DNA from: Nitrospinota bacterium | GTDB taxonomy: Bacteria; Nitrospinota_A; UBA7883; JACRGQ01 | Reading direction: 5' to 3' | Assembly (NCBI GenBank): GCA_029881495.1 | Contig: JAOUMJ010000013.1 | Span: 3,954-67,953, forward strand | DNA: 64,000 nucleotides | Shown here: positions 60,108 to 64,000 of the stretch, one piece after another | Numbering within the stretch: position 1 is the first letter of the stretch | How the letters are laid out: each line of letters starts with the position of its first letter | Position numbers and translations under genes: made by a program | The notes under the pieces: generated by a model | Databases searched by the model: none | Told to the model about the DNA's origin: nothing | Seen by the model: the letters and a program-made list of their open reading frames with translations, nothing else

Positions 60108-60509
60108 CTAGCTGATTATCCGGTTGTATTCGGCGTAAATGCTGTTTTCCTCGTTATGTATCCGGTACAAAAGCGTCTTGAATAGCTCCTTGAAATCATC
60201 AATATACTGTTCATCCGAAATGTTGTTCTCGCATTTTTCAAAGAATCTGGTTGCCATGCCGGCCACGTCATCTATTTCGGCAGCCGATTCGGATATCAAG
60301 GTTTTCAGCTTTTCATCATTCACGGATGCCTTTTTAAGAACCGGGTACAGGTAAGTATCTTCATTCTGAAGATGTTCAAGGAGCACTGATTTTGCTTCCA
60401 GAAGTTTTTTTCTTGCTTCCCTGGATGTAATACCAAGAGACCTTGCGCTGGACAAGGTCTGGATAATCATCTCGTGTTCCTTTTCCAGTTTTTCAATCCG
60501 CTTAAACAT
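60108..60509 (-). CDS. Hemerythrin-like metal-binding domain protein (tentative)
   Basis: H-x-x-x-E spacing in LEHLQNEDTYL and LYRIHNEENSIY. Helical, 133 aa. Confidence 0.35.
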   Translation of the reverse strand: MFKRIEKLEKEHEMIIQTLSSARSLGITSREARKKLLEAKSVLLEHLQNEDTYLYPVLKKASVNDEKLKTLISESAAEIDDVAGMATRFFEKCENNISDEQYIDDFKELFKTLLYRIHNEENSIYAEYNRIIS

Positions 60510-60762
60510 CCTTTATCCCCCCAATCCCCTTTTACAGGTTCGTATAACGCGCGATGAATGATTTTCTCTGTGATTAATATTTTACCCGAAACAGGAATTG
60601 TCATGTGAAAAAATGCCGAAAGTCTTAAATTATCAGCATGATGTAGTTGGCATCTTCTATTTAAATTTTAAACTTTAATGTAACCTTGCGTTTGGTAGAA
60701 ATGATTATGGGTGAAAAGATATTAAAAAGACCAAGTGTAAGTATGAGCTTCACCCCCAACCG

Positions 60763-61431
60763 TCATTCAGCATAATCTTCCGTTCTGTGGCGTATAAGTT
60801 CCCCCTCGACCATGAATACGACATCCTCGGCAATGTTCGTGCTTAGATCGGCAATTCTTTCAAGATGCCTTGAGGTTGACAGGAGGTGCACTGCCCGTTC
60901 TATTGAATCCGAATTTTCCTTCATCTCTTTTTGAAGCACTACGTACATTTCGCGGTTGATGTCATCCACTTCGTCATCCATCGAAAGCACCTTTCTCGCC
61001 TGTCTCGTATCCATGTTTATAAGCGAGTTCAAGCTCTCCTTGACCATTCGTTGAACACATTCAACCATGCGCGGAAAATCAAGCTCCAATCCGAGACTCT
61101 TTATGGAAGAGAGATACGACGCCCGTTCGGCGATATTTACCGCAAGGTCGCCCATCCGTTCAAGATCGCTGTTCACTTTCAAAATGGTAATGATGAAACG
61201 AAGATCCGCAGCTACCGGCTGGTGGAGAGCGAGTATTTTCAGGCACTCCTCTTCAATAGCGACCTCTTTTTCGTCGATGGCGTCGTCGCCGTTTATCACT
61301 TCCTCGGAAAGGTCGATTCTTCTGTCCACAAGGGCGATGATCGCCTTGTTGATGGTGCTGGACACCATCGAGCCAAGGATCAGCGTATCTTTTTTCAGGT
61401 TGTCCAGATCCCTTTGCAAATGTCTCGGCAT
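60763..61431 (-). CDS. phoU: Phosphate signalling complex protein PhoU
   Basis: Two PhoU repeats, with typical N-terminal and D-x-x-x-E-x-x-x-D patterns. It is the last gene after pstB. Confidence 0.85.
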   Translation of the reverse strand: MPRHLQRDLDNLKKDTLILGSMVSSTINKAIIALVDRRIDLSEEVINGDDAIDEKEVAIEEECLKILALHQPVAADLRFIITILKVNSDLERMGDLAVNIAERASYLSSIKSLGLELDFPRMVECVQRMVKESLNSLINMDTRQARKVLSMDDEVDDINREMYVVLQKEMKENSDSIERAVHLLSTSRHLERIADLSTNIAEDVVFMVEGELIRHRTEDYAE

Positions 61432-61440
61432 ATATCTCTC

Positions 61441-62241
61441 CTAGCCAAATCGTCCGGTTACATAATCTTCTGTTCTTTTGTTTTTCGGCCTGGTAAATAC
61501 CTTGACCGTGTTGTCGAATTCGACAAGTGTTCCGTTTTCCATGAAAGCGGTGTAGTCGGATATTCGGGATGCCTGCTGCATATTGTGCGTTACAATGACT
61601 ATCGTATAGCGTTTCTTTAATTCAAACATAAGATCTTCGATCTTGGCGGTAGACACGGGATCAAGCGCAGAACAAGGCTCGTCCATCAATATGATCTCCG
61701 GCTCCATCGCAAGGGCCCTTGCTATACACAAACGCTGTTGTTGTCCGCCTGAAAGATTAAGCGCGGAGGTGTAAAGGCGTTCTTCCTTTATCTCCTCCCA
61801 GAGTGCCGCTTTCTCCAGCGATTTTTCGACAAGTTCGTTCAGGTCGGTTTTAATCCCGTTTATCGAGGGACCCCAAGAAATATTCTCGTAAATCGTTTTC
61901 GGGAAGGGATTGGGTTTCTGAAAAACCATCCCTATGGATCGGCGGATATCTACCGGATCGATATCTTTCGAATAAATATCTACATCCCCAAAATATATAT
62001 TTCCCATCATCGATGCATTTGGAATGAAATCGTTCATTCTGTTAAAGGCTCGAAGCAGTGTGCTTTTGCCACAGCCGGACGGGCCGATTATAGAAGTAAT
62101 ACGATTTTTATGTATGGAAAGAGAGACGTCTTTCACCGCCTGATTCGCGCCATAGCATATAGTTACGTTCTTTGCGGTAAGGACAGGTTTTTCCATCTGG
62201 ACGTTGGCGGTCGTTGATTGTTGCATCGTCTTGAGTGTCAT
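61441..62241 (-). CDS. pstB: Phosphate ABC transporter ATP-binding protein
   Basis: Walker [25 protein letters not shown] signature and [11 protein letters not shown] Walker B. Confidence 0.9.
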   Translation of the reverse strand: MTLKTMQQSTTANVQMEKPVLTAKNVTICYGANQAVKDVSLSIHKNRITSIIGPSGCGKSTLLRAFNRMNDFIPNASMMGNIYFGDVDIYSKDIDPVDIRRSIGMVFQKPNPFPKTIYENISWGPSINGIKTDLNELVEKSLEKAALWEEIKEERLYTSALNLSGGQQQRLCIARALAMEPEIILMDEPCSALDPVSTAKIEDLMFELKKRYTIVIVTHNMQQASRISDYTAFMENGTLVEFDNTVKVFTRPKNKRTEDYVTGRFG

Positions 62242-63068
62242 TTATGCTTCCTTTCAGCACTCTCCCTTATATATACGGCAAGAGAGTTCATAGCAAAGAG
62301 AACAGCCAGTAGCACGATTATTGCCCCGGCAGCGAGCTGATGGAACTCCTCCTGGGGGCGCGAAGCCCAGTTGAATATCTGTATCGGTAGAGCGGTAAAG
62401 GAGTCCATCGGCCCCTCGGGAACGAAAGCAACATAGGCAAGGGCTCCTATCATCACCAGCGGCGCCGTTTCCCCCAGCGCGCGGGAGAAGGCTAGAATAA
62501 TTCCTGTAAGGATACCTGGCATGGCGGCAGGTATCACATGAGACTTTACAGTCTGCCATTTCGTGGCGCCCAGCGCGTATGCCGCATGGCGTATGGAACC
62601 TGGCACCGCGCGGATAGCTTCCCTGGAAGCGATGATAATCACAGGGAGGATAAGGAGTGACATGGTGAGGCTTCCAGAGAGTACGCTCCTGTCGAATCCG
62701 CAAAAGCGGACGAACATTGTAAGACCGAGAATTCCGTAAACGATAGAGGGAACACCTGCGAGATTCGAGATATTGATATCGATAAAACTATTAACAGCCC
62801 CTTTTTGCGCGTACTCCTCCAGGTAGATTGCCGCGCCGACCCCAATAGGGATCGAAAAAAGGGCAGTAAGGGATATCAGCCATATGGTTCCCCAAAGCGC
62901 CGATTTTATACCAGCCTTTTCGGGAAATCGCGAAGGGAATGACTCAAGGAATTGAACGTCCACCCAGCGTAACCCTTCCCTGAAGATGTGAAAGAGAACT
63001 ATAACAAGGACTATAACACCCAGAGTGGTGACCGCTGCGCAGAAGATCTTGAATAATCGGGCGGTCAT
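62238..63068 (-). CDS. pstA: Phosphate ABC transporter permease PstA
   Basis: Six-TM permease with an EAA-like loop. The start is chosen at the internal ATG (MTARLFKIF...). The 140-codon upstream extension in the ORF track overlaps pstC out of frame and is rejected. Confidence 0.8.
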   Translation of the reverse strand: MTARLFKIFCAAVTTLGVIVLVIVLFHIFREGLRWVDVQFLESFPSRFPEKAGIKSALWGTIWLISLTALFSIPIGVGAAIYLEEYAQKGAVNSFIDINISNLAGVPSIVYGILGLTMFVRFCGFDRSVLSGSLTMSLLILPVIIIASREAIRAVPGSIRHAAYALGATKWQTVKSHVIPAAMPGILTGIILAFSRALGETAPLVMIGALAYVAFVPEGPMDSFTALPIQIFNWASRPQEEFHQLAAGAIIVLLAVLFAMNSLAVYIRESAERKHK

Positions 63069-63094
63069 ATGTCTGCGGGAGAGGTTGTCCTGTT

Positions 63095-63964
63095 TCAATC
63101 GTACATCTCCTGGAACTTGCGGAGAATCCTGTTTGCGGCGACGTTCATGCAAAACGTTATTAGGAACAGCAGTGATGCGACAGCGAAGATGGTCTGGTAT
63201 TCCACCCCTCCCGCCGGCGTATCGCCAAGGCTTACCTGGACGATGTAGGCTGTCATCGTCTGTATACTCTCCATAAAACTTAAAGTGAGGTTGGGGGTCG
63301 CCCCGGCCGCCAGGGTAACTATCATGGTTTCTCCAATCGCGCGGGAGAGAGCGAGCACGAAAGAGGCCATGATGCCGGACAGGGCCGCAGGAACGATGAT
63401 TTTCGCGGTTACTTCGAAGTGGGTCGCCCCAAGCGCGTATCCGCCGTGACGGAGGGAATCGGGTACCGCCCGCATGGCATTGTCGCACAGCGAGGCGATC
63501 ATCGGGAGGATCATGATACCGACCACGATGGAAGCGCTCGCGGCGTTAAATACCTTCAGGTGCGGAATCACCGATGAGAGCATCGGAGTGATAAATGTCA
63601 AAGCGATATAGCCGTACACAACGGTAGGTATCCCCGCAAGCGTTTCAAGAACCGGCTTTACAGCGGAACGAGTTCTTTCCGAAGCGTATTCGCTGAGGTA
63701 GATGGCGGTAGCAAGTCCCGCAGGAAGGGCGATGACAGCCGATCCGAAAACGATAAGGAACGTACCGCTTACCAGCGGCAGTACTCCAAAGGAGCGCGGC
63801 TCCAGCAAAGGGGCCCATCTCACGCCAAAAAGAAATTCGGAAACATTCACATGTGTGAAAAATATCGACGTCTCCTTTACCAGCACGAAAATGATGGAGA
63901 TTGTGGTGACAACGGAAATCATGGCGCACAAAAAGAGTATGAAACGTATGGCATTTTCGCGCAA
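63095..63964 (-). CDS. pstC: Phosphate ABC transporter permease PstC
   Basis: Polytopic permease at the canonical position upstream of pstA and pstB. pstS would lie beyond the window end. Confidence 0.8.
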   Translation of the reverse strand: MRENAIRFILFLCAMISVVTTISIIFVLVKETSIFFTHVNVSEFLFGVRWAPLLEPRSFGVLPLVSGTFLIVFGSAVIALPAGLATAIYLSEYASERTRSAVKPVLETLAGIPTVVYGYIALTFITPMLSSVIPHLKVFNAASASIVVGIMILPMIASLCDNAMRAVPDSLRHGGYALGATHFEVTAKIIVPAALSGIMASFVLALSRAIGETMIVTLAAGATPNLTLSFMESIQTMTAYIVQVSLGDTPAGGVEYQTIFAVASLLFLITFCMNVAANRILRKFQEMYD

Positions 63965-64000
63965 TCTCCTCCTCGGCGCTGTAAACCAAACGGAGGGGGA

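Noticed and set aside
60510-60762. Small 24-codon ORF and AT-rich tract between the hemerythrin-like gene and phoU
   Set aside because: It is too short and has no RBS. The region is more simply the promoter/terminator space between two minus-strand genes.
61644-61651. GGCGGTAG, identical to the RfaH ops element
   Set aside because: It lies inside pstB on the antisense strand, far from any glycan operon leader, so it is a chance occurrence of an 8-mer.
62238-63488. 416-aa ORF-track call for pstA with a 140-codon N-terminal extension
   Set aside because: The extension overlaps the 3' end of pstC out of frame and is Arg/Gly-rich with no membrane character. The real PstA starts at the internal ATG at 63068.
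1-64000. CRISPR arrays, transposases/IS elements, integrases, toxin-antitoxin or restriction-modification genes
   Set aside because: None found. No regularly spaced direct repeats, and no ORF shows DDE, tyrosine/serine recombinase, nuclease/helicase or methylase motifs of defence systems.

Overview
This window reads as Gram-negative-type bacterial chromosome of mid GC content; the phylum is not determinable from sequence alone. Strand switches are few. The left ~21.6 kb is a same-strand surface-glycan (O-antigen or capsule type) locus whose core (~4.9-21.6 kb) is visibly AT-richer than the rest. It encodes a CDP-sugar pathway (DegT-family PLP enzyme, rfbF, rfbG, RmlC-like cupin), a Wzy-like polymerase and a DltD-like plus MBOAT acyltransferase pair. 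It also carries one GT2 and two GT4 glycosyltransferases, several SAM methyltransferases, an SGNH hydrolase, a kinase-like/DUF362/CapK-like adenylate-forming trio and a PglC-type initiating sugar transferase. An aldo-keto reductase and an orphan TPP-dependent E1 alpha/beta pair follow. The locus ends near a tRNA-Met(CAT) gene that is flanked by two diverged gmhB paralogs. Housekeeping genes follow (ubiX, rng, tatA/tatB, trxA), then a small flagellin locus (flgF/G-like, flagellin with a sigma-28-like promoter, flaG) followed by a 1188-aa AsmA-family protein. After that come lepA-lepB, rsmA and an envelope cluster: a Ser/Thr-rich lipoprotein, a Wzy_C (O-antigen-ligase family) protein, a radical SAM/SPASM enzyme, an RRM RNA-binding protein and a Wzy_C protein with a C-terminal helical domain. 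An orphan holin-like gene plus SH3b cell-wall-hydrolase pair is next. The right end holds pirin, comFB-like, nhaA, a PAS-GGDEF-EAL protein, rlmI, NDH-2 and phoU-pstBAC. No CRISPR array, transposase or integrase was seen. Most promising for follow-up: the orphan holin/SH3b lysis-like module, the candidate protein O-glycosylation set, and the acylation and modification modules of the glycan island.
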